Positions 1 through 13,000 of a DNA stretch of 64,000 bases are shown here, piece by piece; the first letter of the stretch is position 1, and each line of letters starts with the position of its first letter. The stretch covers positions 992,001-1,056,000 of the forward strand of contig JAYWIR010000019.1 of NCBI GenBank assembly GCA_036172245.1, given 5' to 3'. Under the pieces are notes generated by a model that saw only the letters and a program-made list of their open reading frames with translations, was not told where the DNA came from and made no database searches. Source of the stretch: Raillietiella orientalis. Lineage: Eukaryota. The translations under genes were made by a program, and so were the position numbers.

Positions 1-584
1 CCATCGTTCCCGCCCTCATCGAGGTGCAGAGACTCCCTCACAGCAGTAGGAACGCGATCTTCTTCGAGTACAGTATGGAACTGTACCTCGCAGCGGTCAG
101 GGAGAGCATCGCGAAGGTCTTTGATCGCGTGGACATCTACATGTGAGTCGCCGCGCCTCCAGGCAGCGCGCGTCCCACGGTGCACCCCCAGATACGACAA
201 GGAGCACAAGATGTTCAGCCGCCGGCAAGTCATCGAGGTCCAGGAACCAGTCGTGATGATGGTGTTCGAGGTTCTGCCGTCGCACGAGGGATTCCTTTTC
301 CTCCTGACTGGCCAGAGCAAGGTACACGGCGCATGCGCGGGCGGCTTGCGCGAAAAACGCTGTTCCAGGAAAACGTGAAGATGTACTCCTTGAAAGGGGA
401 TTCGGGTTTCGTGGCAGCAGGGAGCCTATCCGTACCTGGGGTGAGGAGCATTTTCTCGGCCGTCGTCGACGACCACGCCCTGCTGCTGATCGCATCCGGA
501 AGAACCAGAGCGGAAGGCAGGGACCACGCCAGTTACTTTGTGAAGATTTTTAAATCAAAGCTCCGTGGAGAATCTGTTGAATAA
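1..584 (+). CDS. 3' end (last three exons) of an EAR/EPTP-repeat-like beta-propeller protein (Closca/Nasrat- or TSPEAR-like); 5' part lies outside the window
   Basis: Exons <1-142, 192-321 and 369-584 are joined by GT..AG introns of 49 and 47 nt with consistent phase. Translation: ...RVDIYIYDKEHKMFSRRQVIEV...ENVKMYSLKGDSGFVAAGSLSV...VKIFKSKLRGESVE*. The IYxY....F...Q.I pattern resembles EAR repeats. Gene structure is well supported; family identity is tentative. Confidence 0.6.
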
Positions 585-857
585 TGACGCCCCCGATCGA
601 TACGTGGATGTCATCGATGATCTCTTTTCTTCCCGATCCACCGGTTTGCGTAGAAGCCAGCAGTTGTCCGACGATCGGTTCTTGAATTACAGCCGCCCTG
701 CACTCTACAAAGCGAAAGACGGAGGTGGGGTGGGGGTAGGGTGGGTGATCGCGCGTGGCACCGAGCGATGCGAAGGTCGCCCCCCGCAAGATGACGCTGG
801 TGGGACCGTCCGGTGGAAGGCGGAAACCGGATGTCCCCGTTGACTGGTCGAGATTGC

Positions 858-1050
858 AAGCTGACCCTCCGGGGTGCTTACAGGAACCAAGGAGACGATT
901 CCCCTTCGGTTGCAACCATGGCGAGGGTTCCCCTACCAAGAGTAAGAGGAACGGACTGCTTCCTCCGGAACCTCCCTGGGTCCCTACGGGGCTACTGCTT
1001 AGAGCTTGAAGAGTTACACGCACCCTCGGGTGGCGTGGACAGCGTCAAAG
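858..1050 (-). mobile_element. Internally deleted copy of an interspersed repeat (LINE RT remnant), related to 43772-44294
   Basis: The blocks aagctgaccctccggggt..ccaaggag and gtaagaggaacg.actgcttcctccgga..tccctacgggg..cttgaagagtt..acgcaccc.cgggtgg..gtcaaag are shared with the 43.8-44.3 kb copy. Confidence 0.7.
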
Positions 1051-1261
1051 TAAAGTGGACAGTACTGCGCGACCCCCCCCCCTCCACCCAAAAAAAGCCA
1101 CTGGCGATTCCGGAAGGCTTCGTCCAGTTTTTTTTTTTGTTAATGCGCTGCAGAAAGACACATTATTAACGATCAGAATAGGGTTAGATTACCTGGATGC
1201 CTGGCAGCCCTGCAGCAGACGCTTGTAGGAGCGTGACCTGACAGCCCTGCGAAGTGCCGAC

Positions 1262-1325
1262 AGCTCTAAATCCATCCACGAATTCCTCGTTTCCAAACGA
1301 GGAAGTCGTGGATGGATTTAGAGCT
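1262..1325. repeat. Near-perfect 64-bp palindrome (31-bp arms, 1 mismatch, 2-nt spacer)
   Basis: agctctaaatccatccacgaattcctcgttt-cc-aaacgaggaagtcgtggatggatttagagct, read directly. Confidence 0.95.
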
Positions 1326-3666
1326 TTCGAAACGGCTCGTGTGCCCTGACTGCTGGCTCGGTTGACCCCTTCCTCTACTCCTGTGCACATCTCGTCGGGG
1401 AGCTGCTCACGAGAAGCAGCACCTCCGAGGCATCTCCCTTTGTAGTGGTCACGTGAAACCACTACGAAGGAAGACATTTTTATATTGTATACGACTTTTA
1501 TTTTTGTAATTCTTTTTTTTTTTTTTTTTACAACCAACGACCCGGCGTGAGCAGGTGAAAATGAAGGACCTCCACGCACGGGAAGACTTGGACAGTTCAC
1601 ACTGCCATTTCGATCAGTAGTGGGTGGCTGCGGACGTCACAGCTACATGCGCAGTGCAGGCCGCTCTGATGTACCTGGCTGTCTCCCTGTTAATCATATT
1701 AAACGGCTACTGAATTTGCATCTTTCGCTTCGGAAGAAACCCTGAGAAAGTGCATCAGCTAAAATGGTAAGGAATGAGCTAATCTTAGTTGCGTGCAAGT
1801 CTTTCGTCATTTGGTTTCAAAGTCCTGTGCGGTCCAAAAAGTGTTAAAAGTTCCGATGAGGAAGAGACAATTGCGATGACCTCACCGTTCTAACAGCCTC
1901 TTTCGGCGAAGCTTCTCGCCGGCACTGAAATCCCACAAAGGCAGCGCAATGGAAGCCGCAGGCGACGTTCAGTCGCGCGTGACGAGGCACCGCGAAACCT
2001 CTCTGCCGTTGTACATCGGGAGTGGGAGGGCCGCAGCGAAGCGTTTCCAGACGCTCAGGAGGGCAACACAATCCAGCAACAGCTGAGGGAAGGTTTCCCG
2101 ATGGAACGTCCCATACGCCCAGGAGCTTTACAGGGATCTCCTTCAAACAGCTATCTGCACGGCACTGGTCGGCGGGGTCGAATAGGTGCCCCCTCAGCCT
2201 CCATTGCATTCTGGAGGATGGGGAACGGTCAGGAGGTGGCGAGTCCTGCGAGAAGGGGGGGACGCTCCGACGTGTCTTCGTGCCAGAAACTCGCTCGTCT
2301 CCTTGCTCTCGGGACAGGGAGCGAGGCGAGGATAGTTTGACGGGCGCGGTTTTCGGTGCGCCGGGAGTGACCACCGAGCACTCGAGGGGTCACTTCACGG
2401 AGCAGTTTTTGCACCGGCTTCGACGTCATCATTGGGTTCTCGTTGGCCGCTGGGGTGGCTGGACCGTCCTCCGCCTCGAAACTGCCGAAGAACGCTTGAA
2501 ACCATCCGTGGCTGCTTGACCGTAGGGCGTCTTGAACCGATGGCGCTGCTGCGTCCGAGACCGGCCTGCCACCACCACCACCTACCTCCCTTCGCGAAAT
2601 CTGGACCAGAAACAAAAGTTGCGCAAAACGTCTTTTACCGACAACGAGGAAATAGGCAGTCACGCCGCCTTGTAAAACGTACCTTCCTTAAATGGTGCAC
2701 AAGGCGGCGTGACTGAACCTTTTTACGGCCGCGCGGGTCACCCCCCGTGCACCGGCGCGCAGTGGGAACCTGCGTACCACTTAAGGAAAGTACATGGTAG
2801 TACAAGTTTCACGCAACTTGTTTCGGGTCCAGATTTATGGACCGCACTGTTCACGTTTCTAGAATTTTCCATCGCAAACGCGAATTTTTTCGCTCACAGG
2901 GTATTTTTCTGTTCGGTGGACACTGGGATACATGAGCTGATGAACCAAGGCAATGGCATTGCAAAAACAAATCGCTTTACGAACTTATGCACTGCCACTA
3001 TGATTTTCCTGACTTGGGATGTCAAATGTACACATGATTCGTTCTCAGATGTGTTAATCATTAAAGTCGGCCGTAGTCACACGTGATGCAGTCTTAATTT
3101 ACGAAGTGAAGAACCACGCCATGAATGATCTATATAAAATTCCTAATCTTAAGACAACAAAAACTTTTTTTTTTTTTTTTAAAAAAAACTGACTCGAAAT
3201 AACTATACCTCTCTTAGGGAATATCGATGTGTACGAATGTAATTCTCCCACAGTTTAGCAGCAATACGACAGTGGTATACAAATACAACGGAAAATTACG
3301 TGGAGTAAAGCACATTGGAATTTGGGACGAAACTTCCACGGATTCATAAAAGTTGAGACTTATAGAATGCAGGTCGAGGATGAACTAATAAGCACTTTAT
3401 TAGGTAATTCCTCACATATTCGTGCTGCTCTTGGAAACCCACTTGAAACCAAGAATGAGAATACGTAGCTGCATAATAATGTCAGCATTTATTTACACAT
3501 TTCATAACTTGGGACCAAAAGTACCCAGCATACTTTTTATTTGTCTGCAGCATGCCTTCTTAAATAGCCCAGATCATCTAAGAGCAGATCTTTCATGGTG
3601 ACACATCAAGATTAATTTTCTATGCTGCTTGCACCCTCTTCGCTCTATTCAGCTCACATCATGGTT

Positions 3667-5214
3667 TTATTTGAACTTCTCTATACAATATGGAACTAAA
3701 ATTGGAAACATTGTAAACAAATACTAATAATAATTCATCTGGCTTACTTGAATACACTAGAAATAAAAAACACATTGCTAATAAATCAGATTTCCTGAGT
3801 AAGCTTACAAGATGAGAACAGTTTTGCAGCAAAATAGGCAAATCAAATACCAAACAAATCCTTTTTGCAAACATTTGAAATCATTAACACTTATGCCTGC
3901 TGGATGTATGTTAGGATGTAGCACAAGTACAGTACACATTTTCAACTGGAACATTGCATTCTCACTGATTGCAGTACCACCCTAATGGGCATCCTCCACT
4001 TGACATAACATCTACAAACCACATTACTACTTTCTCAAAGTCACTGGATTTCTTAGAAAAAACAAGCAATCCAACAATGGAACTCACTACTTGCCACTCA
4101 TGACAATAACGAAAATACAGGACTTTGATGTGATTTGTCCAAATATCAAAACAATTTTACTTATAGCAAATCTATAATATCATGCAGGAACAAATGAAAT
4201 GGGGGAAATGGAATCAATTGAAAAACAAACGGAAAAGGGTGGAACTAACCGAAGATTTACTTTAATCTTATCAGAATGGGGATTCATTGATACATTTAAT
4301 CATAGGCCACATGGAAATACCGATTTCAACAGTCGTCATCGCGATGGTTCATATTACCCTTGTATGAGACACACACTAATAAAGTATCATCACAAATCCA
4401 GGCATGAACTGAAACCCACTGAAACAGGCAAGTACCGATTCACTTTGGGGTGCTGTGGCTACATGATTTCTACAAACTACTTATTTCACTTAAAGGCTAC
4501 CATTTCTGAGTTTGGAGGGATGTACAAAAGGCATCATGGTCAGGATTTACCACATCCGTCCTTCCATTATTACATTAAGCACATCATAGGGGAGTAATCA
4601 AAGTACTCCTTCCATGTATCTGCGCCATTAATGAAACACCTTTCTCTCTTCGATGGAAAGTTACTACCATGTAAGCAGGATGTCCCACACCAAATGAAAT
4701 GATGAAAACTTTCTACTCGCCTTTCCTTCATAGGGAAGCAACAATTTCCGTGAAAACACAACGAAAATGTGGAACGGGATGGTTAAACACCCACCAACCA
4801 AATACTTATACAACAAGAAAGTTGCATGCACCATCATACGCATGCACAAACGGGCAGTTTTCATTTATAAGACGCTGGGGAAAAAAAACGTATTTTCTTG
4901 AAAAAGAAAATACGGTTCCTTTCCATTTATCATCGTGCGAAGCACCCGTGCTCGCCTACTCACCTATGTGCATCAACCAGAGAGTCCCCCATACTTACTT
5001 AACAAATACAATGTTTCTAAAGAGAATCGTACAATACACTGCAAGAGGCTGACAAAAAAACCGCCAAAAAGGGGTTGGTAAACTTACTTAAGTTGATGAT
5101 TCCAATCAGTAACAAAAACATTGTTGCCTGGGCAATGACTTCCTCTCTAGCATGTTTTTTTTCTTCGTTATCATCATATGGATGCATATTCTGACCACCG
5201 ACCACACGAAACAT
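3667..5214 (-). CDS. TOMM5: Mitochondrial import receptor subunit TOM5 homologue (51 aa)
   Basis: Exon 1 is 5214-5088 (ctcaccATG, donor gtaagt, phase 1); exon 2 is 3695-3667 (acceptor ttttag). Protein: MFRVVGGQNMHPYDDNEEKKHAREEVIAQATMFLLLIGIINL-IPYCIEKFK*. This matches the TOM5 layout MFR..D.EE.K...RE.VI..F-TM-(T/I)P(F/Y)..K. Confidence 0.8.
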
Positions 5215-8200
5215 GGTGAGCTTCGTCCGGCACACGCAGGTCAACCGGACACTTCCTCGCTGCTGCTGAGCAAGCGCACCGCAGGCCCAGCAGTGCCAAG
5301 TGCACTCGGTTTCCTCGTAGGAAAAAAGTGGTCAGAAAGCACAAATGCACAGTCCACAAAACAATTATGCAACATTCTTCTGCATCTTTGTAATCTGATG
5401 AGATTATTTAACACATACGGTTTTCAACTTGCAGAAGTTTTCACTGTTATCGGATTACACTGACTCTGTAGCAGGACTTAACAAAGCGGGTTATCCTAAT
5501 ACGAATTATTCATTCCAAAGCATGTTCTTGTTTCTCTCCTGCTTTTTAAATACATGCTTTCTGTCAGCACACGCTCTTCGACTCCAAGACATCATTCTGG
5601 ATACTCATCAGGTTATAGAAATCTGACCGGTAATTTAAAAAAAGTAAAATTTGTGCAATAATTCTTAAAATGAATAAATCCACCAATCCGTTGCATTTTT
5701 GTTATTTCATACTAATGCCCGATTCGTACAATAATCAGGAATATGTTTACATATATTTATTGCAAACAAACTGAGAAAATACAATCTCTTGTATGCTGAC
5801 TAATTTTGAAACGTAGCCATCCCCGAGTGCAGCTACTCACCTTTATGTTTTAGATATGCGGTTCATTAATTTTAGTTTCCTAAAATGATAGAAAAAGAAC
5901 TTCGTTTTCTTTTTCTCACATTAAAAAAATATGATAGAATATGCTCCAGAAAATAGCGCATAGGAATTTCAAAAGACTACATTTCTTTTATCTCTATACT
6001 TCACAAAACACCCACCCTATTACAAGACTAAGGTCACGTCTCCTTAGTTTCCAAAAGGTGTTTTTTTTAAACAGTGCTCAGCATAATGCAATTCCGAAAG
6101 CAACAGTTAAAAAATTAGCGGAAAAGACTGCTGAACTTGAAATTTATTTTCGTATAATGACTGTCTATCCATTTGAAAATCTTCTTGATTTACCTAAATG
6201 TGCTTTATTGTGTTTGCTTCGTTTGTAACTTCTCTAATGTTCTACAGCTGGTTGAAAACTAAGCTTCAATCTTGCTGACAAAATTTTTTTTTGATAATGA
6301 ACTTGCTAATCTTAGAAATTTATTAAGAGCACTGTTTACTGATGGAAATAATACTGATTATTTCCATCAGTATTATTCTTGGAAAGTAGAAAAGGCATTG
6401 CTTCTCTACTTTCTTTTCTTTCCTTTCGACATGAAAAGATAAAATAAAATAAAATAAATCTAAGAAACATGAATTGTTCAAACGTGCAAGCTCGTTACAT
6501 AGTACTGGTAAAATCTGCTGGTGTCTTTTGCTATCGAAAACAACCTGCTTCTTAAAAGGGTACTCCCTGAGTCTGTTGTCCAACTTATTACAGTGTGCTT
6601 CTGTTCACTTCATCATTGCAGTGCAAGTTCACTTCCTTCCTTTTGCTGCTGCTCTATGGCCTGTTTCGAATTTGGAAAGCAGCTCTAACAGGAATCCCCT
6701 TTTGCTCACTCTGGCAGTTAGATTGTAATCCACTAAGTATACAGCAATGTCCTCAATCCTTTCCCTTTCCGAAGCTTTCAAGAGCGGTAGCTTTCGTGAT
6801 TCGAATACGGCGTTTATGAGACTGCGTAGCGTTTCGGCAGCAAAGTACAAATTTTATTCAGATTAGTGAGAGATTCCTAACGCTTCAGATGCACTCACCT
6901 CTTAGTGTTTCTTTTTTTGTTTTGTTTTGTTTTGTTTTTCACCGAAATTGCCGTCTTAACGTATCATTAGATACACTGCCATGGTCCCAGTTTAGTTTAT
7001 CAGTACCTTGGAATTTTCATAAACAAAAAGAACACTTTTATCTCTGTAAATTCCGTTTTCTGTTATTCTCAGCCCGGAATTCCAAGGATATGATTGCTGC
7101 GTCCCTTTCCATAACTGAAGTAAATTAATGAAAAGAGTAGCAGGAGTTGAATCTGCATTGTGTATTAGATTTAGTAAACTAGCAATGTTGTCGGTGATAT
7201 CTTGGCAGTTTAGAAGGCCGAAAACACTTTCCTGGACACCTTGGTGTCTCCCCTTCTCTATGTTTCACTTCTTAAAAGAGTTTGCAGGAATTGTGATTTC
7301 CTGACCTCACCACTTAAAGAGACACTTTACTAATTTTAGAGAACAGACTTTCGACCTTGTCGGCTGAATCCTGTTTCTGCCTCTAATTAACGCCCATGCA
7401 AGTCTCTCTCTGTGCATTTGGTTTTCCACTTTTAAACAGCAAATACCGAGATGAAAGGGTTATTCTGCATCGCTCTGGGTATTTTGTCTGCTCTTGCTTG
7501 CTCCATCATATTTAGCAGTCTTATAAAATGAAGACTGTGCTTACGTAAAGATGATTTCATCATTACTTGAATTCACCATCATTTCGCTTGGTCAAAGGTA
7601 CATGAATTTATTAGATCTTTTGTTTTTGAAATCAGTAAGCAAACTAATGAACTGTTACTGCTATTTGCGGCAAACACGAAAAATGCCAAGGAGCTTCTTT
7701 CTACATCTATATATGACCTTTTGAATGTAAGGTCGACGGACTGTATCATGACGACGATACGGATTTAGCTACGTCCAAATCTTACCGGAGTCCTCTCATT
7801 TGTAAAATGGGGGAAATGCAGGAACCACGGAACGAACTGATATGATCAAAGGATGCACAGCCAAGCAACATCGTCACAGAGATACAATACCAAACAAACA
7901 AATGATAAGAAAACCGACCGTCAGTGTAAAACTACGACGAGCAATGATTCCCATGTTTCGGATGCGTTTCGCTTTCTTTTCATCCCCGTTTCCCACACTG
8001 CAGACCACAGCATGCGCATCAGGGCAGACAAACAAGTCGGGGAACCCAACAGCAATGCTACAGTCGTATGCATCTTTGCATTTTTTTTTTTTAATTTTTG
8101 AATTTGATTGGAACTCATCTGGAAACGAGAGACTTTGCATTTTCAGCCGTCAGCAGGCAATTTAAATGAGACTCGTAGTTTGAGCAGCCTTTGGTGATAT

Positions 8201-9837
8201 GAGATACGCACTAAATTGTACGCAAGAAGCGGCACCACTGTTAAACAGGTATGAAGTATGTCCTCTCCATGTGTCTTCTTTCTCGAGTTCTTTCATCAAG
8301 GGATATGCTGACGCAGAACGGCGCTGAGGAAAGCTGAACCTGAAAGCGAACGTGCCAAGATGTGGCATCACTTCTCTCGACGCCAAGGAATTCTGATCGG
8401 CTTCCAGAGGAGGAGGATGCAGTAAAGATTGGCGAAAACAACCGTTGGGTCCTCACAATAACAGCCCAAAACACGGCAACAGCAATCCAGAATGGTGGGC
8501 CAACCGCGCATGCATGCTTTTAGAAAACTGAACAAACCCATCATGTGTTCCGGAAAGAAGTCTGTGTAATGTTTTTTTTTTTAGAAAAAAAAAAAAAACG
8601 ACATCTGAGTGACGCGACTGGAAGGGGAAAACAGCGCCACTGCATACCATCTTTCAAGGGTTACGTCACAAACCAACGCGGCTATCGACGCCACCGTGGA
8701 AACGGCACATCAGCTCCTTTGCAAGCTCCATCATGCCTTCTTCATGGTCCACGAGCGGGGTCCACGTCTGGTGACGCTGGCTCCCAGCAAGCGTTTAATG
8801 CGAACCCCACCCGCGCGCGCAGACCGCAAGACTCGCCCAGGAACCCGAGGCTTTTCGTGGCTGACCACTGGGCGACACCCGGGGCAGGTGTTGAAGCATC
8901 CCGAAGACAACGTGGATGCACATCTCGCGTGCCTTGACGGGGAGGGCCAGAAAGAAGCGCTTGCGACGGCCCGAGGCCGCGCTGGGTGCGAACATCGGTT
9001 CTTCCTGGGCGGGCCCGACTCTGCCCCGAATCGCGGGCCGCCCGACCGGGGTTCCGCGCTCGGATGGACCGCGGCATCGGAATATGCGCGAAAGCATCGC
9101 TTCGGCTCGCGACGGTCGCTGCGGCATGGGAGATTCCGGAAGCTGCAAAGAAGCGCGGCAGGCGGATGGCATCGAACCGCTCGCGGCGCCGCGAATCGTA
9201 CGTAACACGGCGCGTTTACGACCGGCAGGCAGCCTTTTCCGGCAGCTGAGGACTTCGTACCGTGCGCATAAGACAAAAAGTTACCTTGACGCCGCGGGCG
9301 ACTTTCTGACACGGGACACTTCTGACAATCGCGCGCACGTGTTTTCTAAACAGCCCAAAGTTTCCCCAAGGGGGAATTGCAAAGTTCCAGTCGTGAGAAG
9401 GGAAAGTCCGCATCGGTTTCCTAAATCCATGGACGATCAAAGAAAAACAGGAGCGTGATCAAGGGAACGGAAAAAACCAACGGGGGAGGGAACCGGAGGA
9501 CTCCACTCTGAGTGGGTTTCGCGAAACCAATGCGCCACAGAACGACGCCGTACCTGGAAGAGAAATCAGCCGGGGCATACACGATGCAAGGGAAGCATTG
9601 CTGGTTCTTTCGGTCATTCTGGTGAAATGATCATGTAGTCAACTGGTGGGCAACAAGCCCACGAATGCCCACTGGGACAAGCCATCGTGCCGGTCGCTCC
9701 TCGAGTGGACGCGCTTCTTGGCCTTTGCCTTTCTCAAACGAACAACGCGCCAATGTGATTTTCGAATTTCACACATCCAAAAGCATTTCTCATCATTGAT
9801 GGGAGGGAAACATCAATTAAAATAAACATTTCGTAAA

Positions 9838-9853
9838 CTTTATTTTATTTATT
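9838..9853 (-). promoter_or_regulatory. Clustered AATAAA polyadenylation signals for CBP
   Basis: tttattttatttatt on + gives repeated AATAAA on -, about 200 nt after the CBP stop and at the edge of the AT-rich block. Confidence 0.55.
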
Positions 9854-10044
9854 AAGAAGTATTATTGATTTTGTAACATGGGCAATAAAAACTCTTTTCA
9901 GATATTGCTGCGATGTGAACACAACTCAGTCCAACACATCTTAGGATCACATTATTTCTCTGTAATAAATACATCTAATTTACATATGTACAATAAAACT
10001 GTGCATCTAAAAAAAACTTACAAAAGTATATATGCCTTATTATG

Positions 10045-13000
10045 CTATAAGGTATCAACAAACTTTGATAATTGGTCCTGAGGCGTCAAGGGTGCAACTT
10101 CTGGATCTTCCCTTGAGCCAATTCCCAACTCATGTGCCACAGGAGACTGAAGAGATGCAATCATGCTTGAATGAGGATGTGAATGCTGACTGAGCTGTGG
10201 GAGCATAGTATCACTGTTTATTGAATCTGCAGTACCACCGGGAACTGTAGGAGGGCCAGGAGTGGAAGAAGTTCCATGCAAATGCGAAGGAGAAGGAACA
10301 GTTGTTAAATGGGGTGATGGAATAGGTTGAACACGTGGGGATGAGGGAATATTTGCAGTTCGTGGCCCAGGTGAAGGAATCATAGCAGCTGCTGCTGTCT
10401 GTGTCCGGGGTGGATTTGGCTGGGGTGAACAAACTGTTTGAGCAATTGGTGGAGGAGACCTGATTTGCTGCATCTGTCCTTGTGAAGATGCTTGCTGTAA
10501 CAACTGGGCCTGCATGGGAGTAAACTGTTGGGGAAACTGTTCTGATGGGGTATTTTGATAAGTCTGCTGTTGATTGGAATAAAGATGTGTTTGTCTTGGC
10601 CGCTGAACAAACATTGGTGGGGGAGGCTGGGAAAATCCACTTGTGGGTGATACTGTCTGTTGCTGTCTCTGCATTGCAAGGTACTGCTGTTGTTGCTTAT
10701 ACCACTGCTGTTGCTGCTGGATTGGGGTAACTTGGTTTGGAACTTGCTGGATTCCAGGATTACTGCTGATCTGCTGAAGAATTCCTTCTTGATTGGAGCC
10801 ATGTTGTATAATGGAACCTTGATTTGAAGCATGTTGCATAACAGAGTTCTGGTTTGAGCCTTGTTGCTGGATGATTCTGTGCTGCTGCTGTTGATGCATA
10901 GATCTCTGTTTAATAAATGCTGCCATGAGCTGAGGATTGCTTTTCAAAATTTGCAAGACATCTTGCTGCTGTTGTGGTGAACTTGGTGACTTTAATGTCT
11001 GCAATAGCTGCTGAAGAGCTTGAATATTTTGCCGTTGCGCAGGACTTGAAACTGGCTGATTTGAGAGGAGGGGTTGCTGTGATATTGTCTGTTGCTGCTG
11101 TTGCTGCATGAGAGCGTTGGGGTTCACAGCTGGATATCTTTGGCCCCACTGTTCCATAGTTGGTAACATTTGACCTGGAGCACGCACTGAGCCTGCCTGG
11201 AGAGGAACCAGCGTCCGCTGGACAACAGTAGGTTGCATTTGTGGGGGAGGGGGAGGCATTGCTTGCTGCTGTTGCTGCTGCTGCTGCTGATTGGGTAGTG
11301 TTCTCCCAAACATAGGCAACTGTGAGTGAGAAGCCTGCTGCTTTGCTTCCTCTTGCACCTGGATTTCAAATTAATGACATTTACGAACAAGGAAATGCTG
11401 TCTTACTTGTTTTACTACCTGCTGGAGTTTCGAATTAGAGGCCAGTTGAGCAGGACCAACTGGTTTCACACCAAGACCAGCAGATGACTGGTTGACTGGT
11501 ATGATGTAGCCAGTTTGTGGACTGAGAGGTGGAACTGCGCCAGTGTTAGATCCTGCAGTTACAGGAGCCCCTGCTGATAAGGATGGTCGAGAACATGTCG
11601 ATGAAGGAATTGAAGAGGACATCAATGCCATGCGCCTACGTAACAACTGATCTTGATGAATTCTCGCCTGCTGCTGTTGCTGCTTAAGTTTATGCTTGAT
11701 GTTTAGACAGAACAAAACTGGACACTTTTGCTCCTGGAAAATCAAAATTGACAATGGTGTGTAAACACGCGCTTGATGGATAGTCACCTGGCAGTGTTTG
11801 GCATGATAACAACAAAGGCCAATTAGCTGTTTACAAATAGAGCAGCCGCCATTGGTTTTCCTCTTGCAGCTTCTTGCATGTGCAACAACACGCTTCATCT
11901 TATGACAACTTGGAAGTCGGCAATTTGCATCTCTGCACTGACAAGCATGGACCAGAGATTGAATGCATCTCTGTATGGATAACTTTCTCGCTTCTTGAGG
12001 ATTGACTTGTTTCTGATCTGTGCTGGATGCTCCATCATCCAGATCGAAACCTAATTTGTCCATCTTGTGTGGATGCTGCTCTTTTTCATAGCACGCAGAA
12101 CAGAGATCAAAATCCTAGGAGGAAAACACAGGGATGAGGTTTCAACAAAAGCAGATTCCTGAAACCCTTACATCACATATGGTGCAATGATATCGCGTTT
12201 CTACAGCTGATTTACAACAATTGCATGTGTACACAAAACGGTCCTGTCCCTGGGTATGCAATTCATAAAGCATTGCCATCGAGGAAAACTTGCACCTTCT
12301 CAAGGAAGAAAACTCAAAATGCTTTTCCCTCGCTAAAGTTAGAAAAGCATCCCTTCCATCCATGAGGTCACACTGAATGAGAGGATCCGGGTCTTGTATA
12401 GGCTGTAAACAGCATACAGTACATGACATAAAATTCGCTACTTTAACGCACCCCAAGACTTGCTGCTGATTGGGCTGAATGCAATCTTATGACAAAAAAC
12501 ACTTCTTTGTGCTTCTCCATGGTTGCAAAGATTTTCGCCGACAAGTCATTGCCTCGTTGAGGATTGTTTGATTTTTTGTTTGTTTTCCTCTGACCAGCCT
12601 TCGATTTATTCGACTTTTTACTGGATCTTTTTTGGCCCTTTTTGCTTCCATCTACAGAAATCTCTGCATCTTCCTGTTATTTACTAAGATGATTAGTATC
12701 CTACTGCAATCGCAATTACTACCTCAAAGTAGCTGGCCGCTGCTTCAGCTTGGGCAGCTGCTTCAGCCTGCTTTTTCCTCTCTTCCTCCTCCTCTTGATC
12801 GAGCTCCCGGATACTTTCTTCAAGCACGTTAGGCCAGAAATCCCCTTCAAAGTATGGCAACTCTGCAGCACTATTGAGATTATCCTCCATAGCTTGCTTC
12901 AAAATATCCTGCACACAATGCCATTAAGAACACGGATGCTACTTGGTTTCGTACATACTTTGTAATCCAACACAACTCTTTCGAGAATCCCTTTATCCAG

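Noticed and set aside
1844..2663. Minus-strand ORFs of 144-176 aa
   Set aside because: No recognisable domain and no consistent exon chain; GC-rich context.
4271..4590. Box C/D snoRNAs in the TOM5 intron (GTGATGA 4393-4387 with CTGA 4274-4271; a 10-nt 18S-complementary GGATGTGGTA near CTGA 4543-4540)
   Set aside because: No convincing terminal stem, and the putative guide is mis-spaced relative to the D/D' box. Would need snoscan or Infernal.
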